A DNA stretch of 64,000 bases from a virus. Below the pieces are notes generated by a model that searched no databases, was not told where the DNA came from, and was given only the letters and a program-made list of their open reading frames with translations. Below, piece after piece: positions 1 to 10,349 of the stretch; within the stretch, counting starts at the first letter, position 1; the number at the start of each line of letters is the position of its first letter. Position numbers and translations under genes: made by a program. The stretch lies in the IMG/VR virus record IMGVR_UViG_3300000553_000012, positions 1 through 64,000 of that record; one strand, given 5' to 3'.

Positions 1-95
1 GGCGATATCGAGGATGTCGTGAGACAAACGGTCGTGGCCTGCGCTCCAAACGCCAGCGCCAGCCAAGCCGTTCCCGCGAAAAGTAAGCGCCTCAC
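1..95 (-). CDS. Partial gene (runs off window) with N-terminal signal peptide
   Basis: GTG at 95 overlaps the TGA of 92..742; reads MRRLLFAGTAWLALAFGAQA-TTVCL..., a Sec-type signal ending AQA. Not in ORF track. Confidence 0.55.
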   Translation of the reverse strand, partial: MRRLLFAGTAWLALAFGAQATTVCLTTSSIS

Positions 96-742
96 GGTCC
101 CTGATACCCCTGCATGTTGCAATAGACCGTCGTGAGCGACGTTGAGACAGTGAACTGCGCGGTTGTCTTGGATGAAACCGCCGCCGTCACTACCAGCGGC
201 GAACGAAGGTTGCCGACGATGAAGCCGCCGCCTGCGGTGATCGGCGGCAGGGGGAACACCGATGACGCCGTATCGTTGATCGTGATATAGGCCATGGATG
301 TTCCCGCGTCCGTGCGAAAACACTGAATGCCTGTAAGGTAGATTTTATAAGTGACGGCGGACAACTGAAGAACCGTCACCGCCGATCCCCCCGTCGTGCT
401 CGCTGTGCCCGACAGACGCAGGCCCGATGGTGCGACGGTTTCAGTGATGGCGCCCGTAGGATCGCACTCGGTCGGGCCTGGCTGACCATCCGCCGTCGAT
501 GACGGTGGATTAGTAGCGGCCCGGCAGGGCATGGGAGCCGCGCCTAGACCGTATAGGGCCTTGTCGAGACCAACCAGGGTGCCTGCGCCAGAGCCCCCCC
601 ACGCACTATCTGTCGTGGCTCCCTGCGACACGTTCGCGCCATCGGCGACCGTATTGGATAGAGGACCAGAAATGGTGCTCTGCGCGAACGAGGGCGACGC
701 AAGCGCGAGCAATGCGCCAAGAGTGCGAAGGAAGCGGCGCAT
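92..742 (-). CDS. Hypothetical beta-rich protein with signal peptide, GC-rich
   Basis: MRRFLRTLGALLALASPSFA signal; T/S/G-rich; start coupled to upstream stop. Confidence 0.7.
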   Translation of the reverse strand: MRRFLRTLGALLALASPSFAQSTISGPLSNTVADGANVSQGATTDSAWGGSGAGTLVGLDKALYGLGAAPMPCRAATNPPSSTADGQPGPTECDPTGAITETVAPSGLRLSGTASTTGGSAVTVLQLSAVTYKIYLTGIQCFRTDAGTSMAYITINDTASSVFPLPPITAGGGFIVGNLRSPLVVTAAVSSKTTAQFTVSTSLTTVYCNMQGYQGP

Positions 743-1284
743 TATTCGATACCCCAGTTAAACAGACAGTGGGCCGTGTCCAGCGTCAACGTGGGCCAAT
801 CAGTGGATGAGCACATGATCACGATCCCCGCGCTCGCCGGTATCGGAATGTCGCCGCCGGGCGTCCATGACCATGTTTGCGTCGGCGAAAGGGCCGCGCT
901 CGACAAGATCCTTGTGCCCGCTGACAGCGTCCCATTCGATGGGCAAGCCGTGGCGTTGACCACGAACACATAATCCGTCGCGGCGCCTGCGGCGATTTCA
1001 TGGGCGTCCATGTAGTAGATGTTGCCGGGGTTGGCCTTGATGACGTGGCAGGCTTCCGCCGCCTGAGATCCAAGGTTCCCCGAGCCGTCAAGATTATTAA
1101 AAGCGTATGGGAGTAATGAAGTCGGAACAACGATTGGTGTAGTATTTGGAGGAAAATTAGTGACTGTGACAGATTGTGTTGACGGAAAATTAGTGACTGT
1201 GACGGGCTGACCAGCAGAATATGCTAAAGTACTAAACATTATTCCTAATAATAGTGTTATATTTCTTATGAATTTATGTATCAT
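742..1284 (-). CDS. Hypothetical signal-peptide protein spanning the AT/GC junction
   Basis: Signal MIHKFIRNITLLLGIMFSTLAYSA; duplicated VTVTNFP; 5' part AT-rich, 3' part GC-rich. Confidence 0.7.
   Translation of the reverse strand: MIHKFIRNITLLLGIMFSTLAYSAGQPVTVTNFPSTQSVTVTNFPPNTTPIVVPTSLLPYAFNNLDGSGNLGSQAAEACHVIKANPGNIYYMDAHEIAAGAATDYVFVVNATACPSNGTLSAGTRILSSAALSPTQTWSWTPGGDIPIPASAGIVIMCSSTDWPTLTLDTAHCLFNWGIE
1151..1203. repeat. 20-bp direct repeat GGAAAATTAGTGACTGTGAC (1151-1170, 1184-1203)
   Basis: Exact copies, encoding VTVTNFP twice. Confidence 0.9.
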
Positions 1285-1655
1285 TTGTAAAAACTCACAT
1301 TGAGTACCGCGCCAGTGGTTTGTTGAATAAATTTTAAAGCTGAAAGATTTCCAGCAAATAACATTGTTTGACCAGACAAAAATGGAAATCCTACAGAAGC
1401 TGTAGGATTATTCCCATCGTCTCTCCATCTAATATCAGAATTTTCTACAGATATTATAGCATAAGTTGCTAATGATGGAATTACAGCTTGAAGATTTATT
1501 ACAGTAGACAAATTAGTAAATTGATGATATCCAAGTGGAGTAGCTTGATATGGACCTGAAGAAACTACAGTTCCAGAAGATGCTCCACCAGGTATGCCAT
1601 TTACTAAAATTGGTGTAGGGCTAGTCGCAAGCTGAATATTAATAACTTGGCTCAC
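1281..1655 (-). CDS. Putative virion structural protein
   Basis: Beta-rich ORF overlapping neighbours in the tail operon. Confidence 0.6.
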   Translation of the reverse strand: MSQVINIQLATSPTPILVNGIPGGASSGTVVSSGPYQATPLGYHQFTNLSTVINLQAVIPSLATYAIISVENSDIRWRDDGNNPTASVGFPFLSGQTMLFAGNLSALKFIQQTTGAVLNVSFYK

Positions 1656-2004
1656 TATAATTTACTCCTGTTATTTGTGTAGCTGCCGGATTTACAGTTA
1701 AAATGCCTTCAACAACACGAGTAATATTATTAGATGAATCTATAATAACCACATCGTAAACATATCTTTGATATAGCATACCTGCTGTAGTGTTAGCACT
1801 TAGAGAAAGAGTTATAGAACCGGCTGTAGGAGTTGAAATTGCGGTGGTGAAAGATACAGAATTTGAAGATGTATACCATTGGCGTATTTGACTTTGAGCG
1901 CTGTACCCAGTTAAATCAAATGGATCTCCTACGGTATCAGTCAAATTCAAAAGAGTATTAAATGTAGTTCCCTGATCAACCAATATGTTTGCTTTAGCTG
2001 CCAT
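1639..2004 (-). CDS. Conserved T4-like virion structural protein (Ig/BppU-like fold)
   Basis: N-I-x-V-DQG-T-TF, DLTGY...QIR, RYVYDV, RVVEG-I-L-TV-x-P pattern typical of this small myophage protein. Confidence 0.7.
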   Translation of the reverse strand: MAAKANILVDQGTTFNTLLNLTDTVGDPFDLTGYSAQSQIRQWYTSSNSVSFTTAISTPTAGSITLSLSANTTAGMLYQRYVYDVVIIDSSNNITRVVEGILTVNPAATQITGVNYSEPSY

Positions 2005-2012
2005 ATCAATTC

Positions 2013-2660
2013 CTATACAGACAATGTAGTTCTTTGAAAGTAAACATTGCCCCCGTTTATTGCAGAGGGAGAAAACAAAAGATTTACAGAACCACCAGAT
2101 ATATTAGCTCCAAAAGTTCCTAAAGCCGTTCCTGTATTTGAAATCATAGCAAATTCTGTTAAAAATACATTTGTTCCGTCTTGAATAACCAAAATTTCAG
2201 AACATTGATGACCCGTAGTTCCATTTGAAACTTGAACTAAATATTTTGCTGTTCTATACGATGTAGTAGTAAAGGTATCAATACTTTGATTAGCCGAAGA
2301 TCCAGTTATAGCATATGTATTTGCCGTAAAAGATGCAGTATTTACATTTTGGCCAACATTAAGATTATTTGAAACTAATGTATTGGCCGTAAATACACCA
2401 TTTACGGATGCATTTGTTGTTATAACTAAATTTGTATTAGTACTATTATTACCACCACGTAAATATTGTGTTGCAGCAATAGTATTTGCCGAAAAAACAC
2501 CATTAATATAAGCATTGCCCGTAGTTACGCCAAAACCGCCAACACTGGTGTTGGTTGTAACAACAGTAGTATTAATAGCGTCTGCAATTGAATTAGTAAT
2601 AGTCACCCAATCATTAAATGTGGCTACACTAACATTTACACTATTCTGAGATTGAGCCAT
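2013..2660 (-). CDS. Virion structural / fibre-associated protein
   Basis: TFNDW N-terminus; C-terminal IDTF...YRTAKYLVQ...SEILV...TEFA domain common in T4-like fibre proteins. Confidence 0.65.
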   Translation of the reverse strand: MAQSQNSVNVSVATFNDWVTITNSIADAINTTVVTTNTSVGGFGVTTGNAYINGVFSANTIAATQYLRGGNNSTNTNLVITTNASVNGVFTANTLVSNNLNVGQNVNTASFTANTYAITGSSANQSIDTFTTTSYRTAKYLVQVSNGTTGHQCSEILVIQDGTNVFLTEFAMISNTGTALGTFGANISGGSVNLLFSPSAINGGNVYFQRTTLSV

Positions 2661-2874
2661 GAATATTTTTTGCCATTGATTTTACTAATTGTTTTAATTC
2701 TTCTACTGTATCTGTAAGCTCTTCTACTTGTTTATTTATAACTTCTTGTTTTAAAGCCCGCTCTCTTTCGGATTTAAATCTAGTAAGTTCAGTTATATTT
2801 TTATTTATTAATACACCAGAAGAAATATCTCTATATAATCCAGGAACTTCTGTTTGAATAAGTTGAGCGGCCAT
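2641..2874 (-). CDS. Conserved small coiled-coil protein
   Basis: PGLYRD-SSG-LIN motif plus coiled coil, usually found after VrlC-like genes. Confidence 0.65.
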   Translation of the reverse strand: MAAQLIQTEVPGLYRDISSGVLINKNITELTRFKSERERALKQEVINKQVEELTDTVEELKQLVKSMAKNIHGSISE

Positions 2875-5291
2875 TATGCGCTAAGCCCCACTGCTGTTAG
2901 AGTTGCTACCTTTGGATATATACTAGAATTACTAGATAATAAATCTAGCTTTATTTGCATAGTATCATATGTTGAAAATTCTGCTAGAGTACTATTATAA
3001 TATGATGCATAGTTATTATTTTGTGGATCAGTAAATGCTTGGTGTTTATCTGATATTTTATCTATAAACAATGTAACACCGGTTATACTGACGTTTGAAG
3101 TTGAAATATTTAAATTTAAAGAGGAGGCATTTGTAACATTAGTTACAAGACCTACTATAAAATTATTAGGAACATTAGGATTCCATAATTTTATCAAATC
3201 ATTTACATATATTTCACCGCTTCCGGGCGTACTATTACCAAATTTTGTATTAGCTCCAGTAACAGTAGATCCAGATATTGTTGCTGTTCCATTTGCGGTG
3301 TAAAGGCTTGGAGGTGAATTTGGAAGTCCCCAAGTAAGAGTTACGTAATTATTGGCTTGAATTGTACTAACAAGATTTTGTGTATTTCCAGATGGATAAA
3401 GCCGAGTCCATTCTTTTGATACAAATGGATCAGAATCTTGTGAATTATAAAGTTTTGCCCAGGCGACAATAGAAGTATTTGCAGGAACAAATGCGGTGGC
3501 TTGAACCATAAGATCCTCAGCAGCATATGTAGGATCAAATTGAATTTGAGTTGTAATGTGTTTTGCTAAAGAATTTCCGTAATTTGTATTTTCATTTGTC
3601 GTATCATTGTTGATTAGAACAGAAGATGAAAATATATCTAGCTTTTCACTAGTGATAACTGGGCTATCATATAAAGCACCAGCAATTCCTGCTTGATTTA
3701 ACTGAATTTTTATAACACCAGATTTATTATTTGAGTATGATAAGTCTGAGCCGCCATTTACAGCTTCTAAAGACCTAGAAAGAATATATCCAGAATAACC
3801 ATTTACAATATTAATTGTTCCATTTAAAGCCGGTAAAAATGTAGAAGATGAATTCAGTATTGGATTTCCAGAAGAATTAATTTGTGCAAATGCATATGTT
3901 ATACTTGAATTTCCACCAGTAGATGCACTAATGCCAACTTCTGGTTCAAAATTTGTTACAGGAACAGCATATATTGAAGAAACATATGCATATGTTTGCG
4001 CGCTAAACGACGTGTTAGTGATAATAACATTACCACTAGACATTGAACCTACAATAGGAGTTTGAAAAAATAAATTAGCACCGCCAGCGGACGTGTTGGT
4101 TCCTGTGAATTTTGTAGAAACATTAACTGCTGTAGAATTTACAATTGCAGTGATAGTAGACCCATTTGTAAAACCAGTTATACCGGCTGAAGAATTTGAA
4201 CTATTACTACAATACACCGGCTGACCGACAAACAATCCTGTAGTGCTTGATATAGCATTTATTGTAATATTGCCACTTTTCAGTGTTCCATTAAGATTAG
4301 TGTTGCTGGTAAAATATAATGTATTGTTTGCATTAGAATTTGTTAAAATCATTGTATTACTAGACTGAATACTATTATACACGGTTCCTACCGGAACAAA
4401 GAAAAACTTAGCAGCGCTATTTGATACTGGAAGTACTGGATTAATTGTTGCGGAAGTATTATTAGATACATTAACAATTTGAGTAACATATAATGATAAA
4501 TTAGCGCTAACTACACCAGATGCAGATACAGTATTTGCGTATAAAGCAATATAACTGCCTTGTTGGGTACTTGATTGAAAAGTTGTGCCGTTTCCTGTAA
4601 GTGTAGAACTATTAGCCGTAATTGCTACAGTTTGGGCTGATACATTGGCCAAAAGTGGAAATACGGTCTCGCCGCCCAGAAAAGAACCGACTTGTCCTTG
4701 AACTATCATAAACTCGTAAGGATTGTTTACAAGTTCATATGTGGCATTATTTGCAGTAAATTGAGCTACTTTAATTGCATATTTTAATTGTGTATTCTTG
4801 ATGGGTGTCAATGTTCCATCGGTTCCATAATCAAATAATTGTCCGTGATTTCCTCCGCTAAATCCTGGAAATACTGCATTTGATGAACCGAGTAGCGCCT
4901 GGCCGGCCGAAGCAGTCCATAAAGTATAACCGCCATCTGCTGCTTGAATGTTTATTGAATACGTTTTACCAGTTTTAAGTGGAACAGGTTGATTAAATTC
5001 AAATGTGGTGATAGATGATGCATCAGAAGATACATTAATAGAAGAATAAGGCAAACTTGCAATAGAATATGTATATGCAGATGAATAATTTGGAGCTCCA
5101 TTTATATCAGTATCAGAAATACTAATAGTAACTCCAGGATTAGTAGAACCACTAAGATTATAAACACCATTTACTTGTGAAGTTTGAGCGGGTATTCCAC
5201 TAAAATATAAGTCTATACTTGTTATAAAAGCTCTTGCAGAATTATTTACTGCATTTGGATCAAGATAAAATGTTTGTGATTGAATATACAT
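2874..5291 (-). CDS. Virion structural protein (C-terminal VrlC/DUF4815-like part)
   Basis: QSQTF...FITSIDLYF, TTFEFNQPV, AKHIT, F...QIKLDLLS...P motifs. Confidence 0.7.
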   Translation of the reverse strand: MYIQSQTFYLDPNAVNNSARAFITSIDLYFSGIPAQTSQVNGVYNLSGSTNPGVTISISDTDINGAPNYSSAYTYSIASLPYSSINVSSDASSITTFEFNQPVPLKTGKTYSINIQAADGGYTLWTASAGQALLGSSNAVFPGFSGGNHGQLFDYGTDGTLTPIKNTQLKYAIKVAQFTANNATYELVNNPYEFMIVQGQVGSFLGGETVFPLLANVSAQTVAITANSSTLTGNGTTFQSSTQQGSYIALYANTVSASGVVSANLSLYVTQIVNVSNNTSATINPVLPVSNSAAKFFFVPVGTVYNSIQSSNTMILTNSNANNTLYFTSNTNLNGTLKSGNITINAISSTTGLFVGQPVYCSNSSNSSAGITGFTNGSTITAIVNSTAVNVSTKFTGTNTSAGGANLFFQTPIVGSMSSGNVIITNTSFSAQTYAYVSSIYAVPVTNFEPEVGISASTGGNSSITYAFAQINSSGNPILNSSSTFLPALNGTINIVNGYSGYILSRSLEAVNGGSDLSYSNNKSGVIKIQLNQAGIAGALYDSPVITSEKLDIFSSSVLINNDTTNENTNYGNSLAKHITTQIQFDPTYAAEDLMVQATAFVPANTSIVAWAKLYNSQDSDPFVSKEWTRLYPSGNTQNLVSTIQANNYVTLTWGLPNSPPSLYTANGTATISGSTVTGANTKFGNSTPGSGEIYVNDLIKLWNPNVPNNFIVGLVTNVTNASSLNLNISTSNVSITGVTLFIDKISDKHQAFTDPQNNNYASYYNSTLAEFSTYDTMQIKLDLLSSNSSIYPKVATLTAVGLSA

Positions 5292-5878
5292 TATAAATTT
5301 AAACCTATTCCTATATAACCATTTTCAGCTCCACCAAGTTGAGCTAAATTAATATAATTTGTAGAATTAGCAGAATAATAAGATATAGTAACATTTGCAA
5401 TTGAAGTATTATCAATATTAGCCAATGTTCCTACTACAGTACCTGCCATTCTATTAATTAAATCTTGAGCCGCACTCAATGAACTAGCTGTAGAAGAAAG
5501 TCCAGAATTATAATAAAATGTGAAAGAAGTATTTCCATTTGAATCAGTTATTATTGGTGCTCCTAATATTCCTCCAGTCGGTTGGCATTGGCTAGAAGCA
5601 TTTACACCATTAAATGTAAAAGTATGAACCGTAGATGGTTTTAATCTTGAAGCATTCATTGCAAAAGCCTGAGCCGCGGCAATATACGTAGTAGATTGTG
5701 GATTACTTGTAGATGAATTTGGTATTGATATTTGAGTTCCACTAGGAGTCGTAATAGTAGAGCCACTGCTTCCTAAAGACTGTGTAGCAGAAATTGCGCC
5801 AGAAAGAGCCGTGCCTATTCCAGGTATGACTAAATTAGTCCCTATATAATTTGTTATTATTGGAGGTAAAGTAGCCAT
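5291..5878 (-). CDS. Virion structural protein (middle VrlC-like segment)
   Basis: A-x-RLKPST-H-F-FNG...ITDSNG motif. Confidence 0.6.
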   Translation of the reverse strand: MATLPPIITNYIGTNLVIPGIGTALSGAISATQSLGSSGSTITTPSGTQISIPNSSTSNPQSTTYIAAAQAFAMNASRLKPSTVHTFTFNGVNASSQCQPTGGILGAPIITDSNGNTSFTFYYNSGLSSTASSLSAAQDLINRMAGTVVGTLANIDNTSIANVTISYYSANSTNYINLAQLGGAENGYIGIGLNL

Positions 5879-5900
5879 TTATTATCCCTTAATATTTCAA

Positions 5901-5908
5901 TATTTATA
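5901..5908 (-). promoter_or_regulatory. T4-type late promoter TATAAATA
   Basis: Exact consensus just upstream of 5878. Confidence 0.6.
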
Positions 5909-8900
5909 CTTGCTCAGCCAAAGTAGAAACAGCCCGGCCATCGCCGTGGGCGCTAACAGCTCCTAAACCAAATCCTGCACCACCAGTAGCTGTTGGAGTA
6001 GATTGAGGAATTTTTGTAGTTAGGCCAAATGTTGTAGGATTACTTGTCAATACACCATTATAAATTATGGGTTGAGAAGAACTATTTGTAGTTGGAGTAG
6101 TATTAGAAGTAACACTAAGTTGACTGATTATTGCTGTTTCTGAATATGGTAAAGTTAAAAATAGACCAGTTGTATTACCAGAAGTATTAGTATTTGCTCC
6201 ATTAAATTGAAATTCGATATTATTTTGATAATTTATAGGAACCACTTGATCATTTATGATCATTGCGTTGTATTCTGGATTTTGAAGATCAGAATATGCT
6301 GTACTATTAAAATTATCGGTAAATATTCCATACTTAAATCTATTAATTGAACTATTCAAAGTCGATGGAATTGTAAGATTATTAATATTAGTTTCAAGTT
6401 GGCTTAGAGTTGTATAATATTCTAAAGCTTGAATTCTTCTATCAAGAGCAGCAATATCTTCCATAGTATACGCTGAGGGCTGATAAAGAGAAATTTGACT
6501 ATTATTTGCAGCAATTTCTGATATAATATGATTATTTGCTCTTTGCACAGTATAATTTTTACTAGCAATACCTTTATCAAGTATGGCCGTATAATTTGAA
6601 TCTAATTGTTGAGAAACTGACGGATATGGTGGAATATTTAATAAATTCAACGTCATAGAATTTTCTGGCTGCAGCGGTGGACTAAGTGTTCCCGATCCAG
6701 GAACACCAGGAATTGCGGTTATATTTCCTGTTTTGTCTATGACTACTCTATCAACGCGGCCTTGATAATTTGTAATAGTCGAACTGTATGTAGAACCATC
6801 TATGGGTGTAAATTGAAATGAACTTTGATACTTTACAGTTCCTCCAGTAAATACCAAATTTGCAGTGCCACTGGTTGTAGCATTAGTGCTTAAACTAACG
6901 GATGAAGAATTAAGTACAGCAATAACTCTTGTATTTCCAGGTAAACCCGCGATATCAGCAATAACTGATACATTTGAAATAATTACAGCTTGACAATTTA
7001 CAGAAGTGATTCCAGTAATTGTTGAATTACTATTAAGAGTTCCTGTAGCAATTACTGACTGAAAAGCACCATAATCTACTGGATTTACAGTAGATAATGA
7101 AGTATTTCCATTAGTATTTGCATATGTATTGGCTTGAAGAGCTACTCTAGGTCTGAAATCTACACAATCTATAAGATCATAATAATTTCCTTGAGAAGTA
7201 TAAAATTCCGGAATTTCTTGTGTATTAATAGAAGAATTGTTACTTGCTACACTTAGATTAGCAAATCCTAAATTATCATTTGTAGAATATGAACTTACTG
7301 TAAATAATGGATATGTTGTAGTAAATGCAAAATGATCAAAAACTGTTATAAGTGAATTATTACTTGTTATATTTAATGTTGATGCTGGGTTTAAATACAA
7401 ATATCCTTGATCATAAAAATCTGCATTTTGGTTACTATCAATATAAAATTGATTTGTAACATCTACCCATGCTGATGGAATAGTAGATGAATTTTGCAAA
7501 TTTGCAGATATATTAAGTGTATTTGCTGAAAAGTATACTTTTTTTAATCTAAAAATATCTGGAATACCTAATGCCCATGGCCCAGTATTTCCCGAAACAT
7601 TATTTGATGTATTAATTATTACAGAACTATCTCTAATGGCCGGTTTAGATATAGACCCCGATGTAATATTTACCGGTACAGTAATAAAAGCATTTGAAGT
7701 ACCATTAATTGTAATTGGAAGAGCTGTGCTAAAAAGATTTATAGTTAATATTGTTCCAGTAGAATCTGTACTTACAGAATTGGGAAGAAGTGATACTGGA
7801 ACATATTTAGGGAAATAATAAACCACATTTGCAGAAGTATTGGTATTTAATAAATTAGAATCTAATTGAATAGCAGTAGCATTAATGCCAGTAATTCTTC
7901 TAATTTCTCCAGTAGTATTACTGAAAATTTTAAGGTATCTTCCAGTATTAAATGTAGATAATAGTGTTCCAGTACCACTGAGTGTCATAACATTAGAAGA
8001 AGCTGTGGTAACAAATCCAATAGAAGATACATTAGAAGTTGCATATACATTGCTTGCTTGAAAGATTAAATTTACATTAGAAATTTGATTTGCATTTAAT
8101 GTTACATTATTTCCAAATGCAAAAGTTCCGCTTGGTAGTGTTAGTATTACACTACCATTACTACTACTTAAAGCAACACCAGTAGGTCCAGTATATTGAC
8201 CCATATAGGTATATGATATATTTGAAACGCTTTTTGTTGAATTTGCTCCGCCATAAAAAACAGCAGTGGAATTTGCTGCATTTTGTAATACTATATTATT
8301 TGTATTAACAATATCAGCAATTGCAAATGGTGCGGCAGTATCATATTGAGAACCTAAATATACACTTTTTGCATTTTGAATATTTTTTCCTGGGAACATA
8401 TTAATATCATAGATATATAATCTATTTTGAGCCGCATTTGTTCCTGGAATTCCGGATACTGGAACAACAGTTCTAACTCTTGCTGTACCCATAGGTTCTC
8501 CAGCCGGAGTAGTATTACTAGTATAATAATTTTGTGCATTTGTGATAAACTGCTTGGCAGTATCATAAAAAGTTATATATCTGGTTGTTGAAAAATCAAA
8601 TATACCACCAATTTCATTAATATTTAAATAGCTACCATAATTAGTATTAATTGAAATATTGGCTGTAGCAGTATCAGTGCCCTGTTTATCTGTCAAATAA
8701 TAATTTGTATATGTTTTTGTTCTATAACCAGAAATATAAGCTTCACCAGGATCCACAACTATTGTAAATGTATTAGCTTGTGCCGATGAATTTATAGAAC
8801 CATCATTATTAACTATTACTGGTGTTACTGATGTGGTAATATTAAATGGATCTGTTACGAAATTTCCACTAGTCTCATAAGTTCTTTGCGCAAGAGCATT

Positions 8901-10340
8901 TCCTAAAGCACTATAAGAAGTTTGTTGATTTTGAAGATAAGGATTTCCATTAGAAAACGCGGTAATGGGAAAAAAGGCGCTATTTCCAGTAGCACTTGAC
9001 GTATTGATAACGACCAATCCTGGAGTTAATTGCAATCTATCGGCGCCTGGTGCAAGTGAATTATAAGTTCCTGTGGCGTTATCAAGTAATGATGGATCAA
9101 TGTTGCTGTTTATTAAAGCTTCAGTAGTACTAAATCCTACTGATACTTGATCCGGGGTATTAGAATATTGACTAATTACGGTTACTTCTGGAGCTACATA
9201 TAAAAAATAACCTTTTTGATATATAATTCCTTCTGATATTCCAAAAGCATACCCAAATCCAGTCGGATTACTACTTCCTGAATTAGCACTACTAGCTACA
9301 GTTACTTTAGCTAAATAATTTTGTGCTATTAAATGCTGTGGCGTTGAATATGTGACGGCTGAAATATTTGCACTAGTAGAAAGAGTTTTTACTGTAACAT
9401 ATGGAGCTATACTATATCCAGATCCAGCTTCAGTCATTACAACATTAATAATACTACCATTATTATTTGTAATAACATTGGCAGACGCCCCACCGCCAAT
9501 TATATTATTAATATTAACATCAACGACGTGTGTAGCTCCGTTGTAAATACTAATTGGAGATGATGTGCTAAATGTCCAATTATTGTTTCCAGTAAGATTA
9601 GTATTTGCTAAATCTGTACTATTTGGACACAATTTTAAAACAAGAGAACCAGAAATAGCTGTCGTATTAACTTCAGTAATTACGGCCTGAGCCGGTAAAC
9701 TTGTGCTGTTGATTGTATAACCCGCACTAATTTGTGCCGCTAAAACAGTATTAGTTCCATATGCGCTGTTTGAAATGACTATTGCTGGCATAAAGACTGT
9801 TGAATCAGCATTTGTAAATCCTGTTCCAACACCAGCGGTTGTAAGATTCACTTTATATATACTATTATTTGAATTATAAAGTGTTAATGTATCACCGGGA
9901 TTATATGCAGTTTGAGTTCCTGTATTACCAGAATTTAAGTAACGAACAAATAATGTATTAAGATTTGGAGCTTGTGATACATACCCAGAATTTGCCTGTA
10001 ATACATAAGAGACTAAATTAGAATATCCTGAACCCGAACCTACGGCATATAATCCGACATAATTTGCGGGTGAAACCGATGTGCCATCTGATTGTAAATC
10101 TTCTAATTTTATATATGGATAATTTGGATAATATTGAAAATTACATCCACTAATAATCGTTCCTTTGGTAAAAATATTATCACCAAATTGTTCAATTTGA
10201 TTTTGAAGTATAGATTGTAAAACGTTGAGTTCTCGTGTTTGAAGAGCTACACCCGGCTTGAAGAGAACTTGATAGTAATCTTTGGAAATATTAAAATCAT
10301 CAAAATATGGAGATACAGAAAGATTTGTTGATATTGGCAT
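5904..10340 (-). CDS. Large virion structural protein, VrlC/DUF4815-like
   Basis: NLSVSPYFDDF...LFKPGVALQTRELN-LQSILQNQIE; APGADR; RTYETSGNF; YTM-DI--L--RI--LEYYT-LS-LE; NRFK-G-F-DNF. Confidence 0.85.
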   Translation of the reverse strand: MPISTNLSVSPYFDDFNISKDYYQVLFKPGVALQTRELNVLQSILQNQIEQFGDNIFTKGTIISGCNFQYYPNYPYIKLEDLQSDGTSVSPANYVGLYAVGSGSGYSNLVSYVLQANSGYVSQAPNLNTLFVRYLNSGNTGTQTAYNPGDTLTLYNSNNSIYKVNLTTAGVGTGFTNADSTVFMPAIVISNSAYGTNTVLAAQISAGYTINSTSLPAQAVITEVNTTAISGSLVLKLCPNSTDLANTNLTGNNNWTFSTSSPISIYNGATHVVDVNINNIIGGGASANVITNNNGSIINVVMTEAGSGYSIAPYVTVKTLSTSANISAVTYSTPQHLIAQNYLAKVTVASSANSGSSNPTGFGYAFGISEGIIYQKGYFLYVAPEVTVISQYSNTPDQVSVGFSTTEALINSNIDPSLLDNATGTYNSLAPGADRLQLTPGLVVINTSSATGNSAFFPITAFSNGNPYLQNQQTSYSALGNALAQRTYETSGNFVTDPFNITTSVTPVIVNNDGSINSSAQANTFTIVVDPGEAYISGYRTKTYTNYYLTDKQGTDTATANISINTNYGSYLNINEIGGIFDFSTTRYITFYDTAKQFITNAQNYYTSNTTPAGEPMGTARVRTVVPVSGIPGTNAAQNRLYIYDINMFPGKNIQNAKSVYLGSQYDTAAPFAIADIVNTNNIVLQNAANSTAVFYGGANSTKSVSNISYTYMGQYTGPTGVALSSSNGSVILTLPSGTFAFGNNVTLNANQISNVNLIFQASNVYATSNVSSIGFVTTASSNVMTLSGTGTLLSTFNTGRYLKIFSNTTGEIRRITGINATAIQLDSNLLNTNTSANVVYYFPKYVPVSLLPNSVSTDSTGTILTINLFSTALPITINGTSNAFITVPVNITSGSISKPAIRDSSVIINTSNNVSGNTGPWALGIPDIFRLKKVYFSANTLNISANLQNSSTIPSAWVDVTNQFYIDSNQNADFYDQGYLYLNPASTLNITSNNSLITVFDHFAFTTTYPLFTVSSYSTNDNLGFANLSVASNNSSINTQEIPEFYTSQGNYYDLIDCVDFRPRVALQANTYANTNGNTSLSTVNPVDYGAFQSVIATGTLNSNSTITGITSVNCQAVIISNVSVIADIAGLPGNTRVIAVLNSSSVSLSTNATTSGTANLVFTGGTVKYQSSFQFTPIDGSTYSSTITNYQGRVDRVVIDKTGNITAIPGVPGSGTLSPPLQPENSMTLNLLNIPPYPSVSQQLDSNYTAILDKGIASKNYTVQRANNHIISEIAANNSQISLYQPSAYTMEDIAALDRRIQALEYYTTLSQLETNINNLTIPSTLNSSINRFKYGIFTDNFNSTAYSDLQNPEYNAMIINDQVVPINYQNNIEFQFNGANTNTSGNTTGLFLTLPYSETAIISQLSVTSNTTPTTNSSSQPIIYNGVLTSNPTTFGLTTKIPQSTPTATGGAGFGLGAVSAHGDGRAVSTLAEQV

Positions 10341-10349
10341 ACTAATCCT

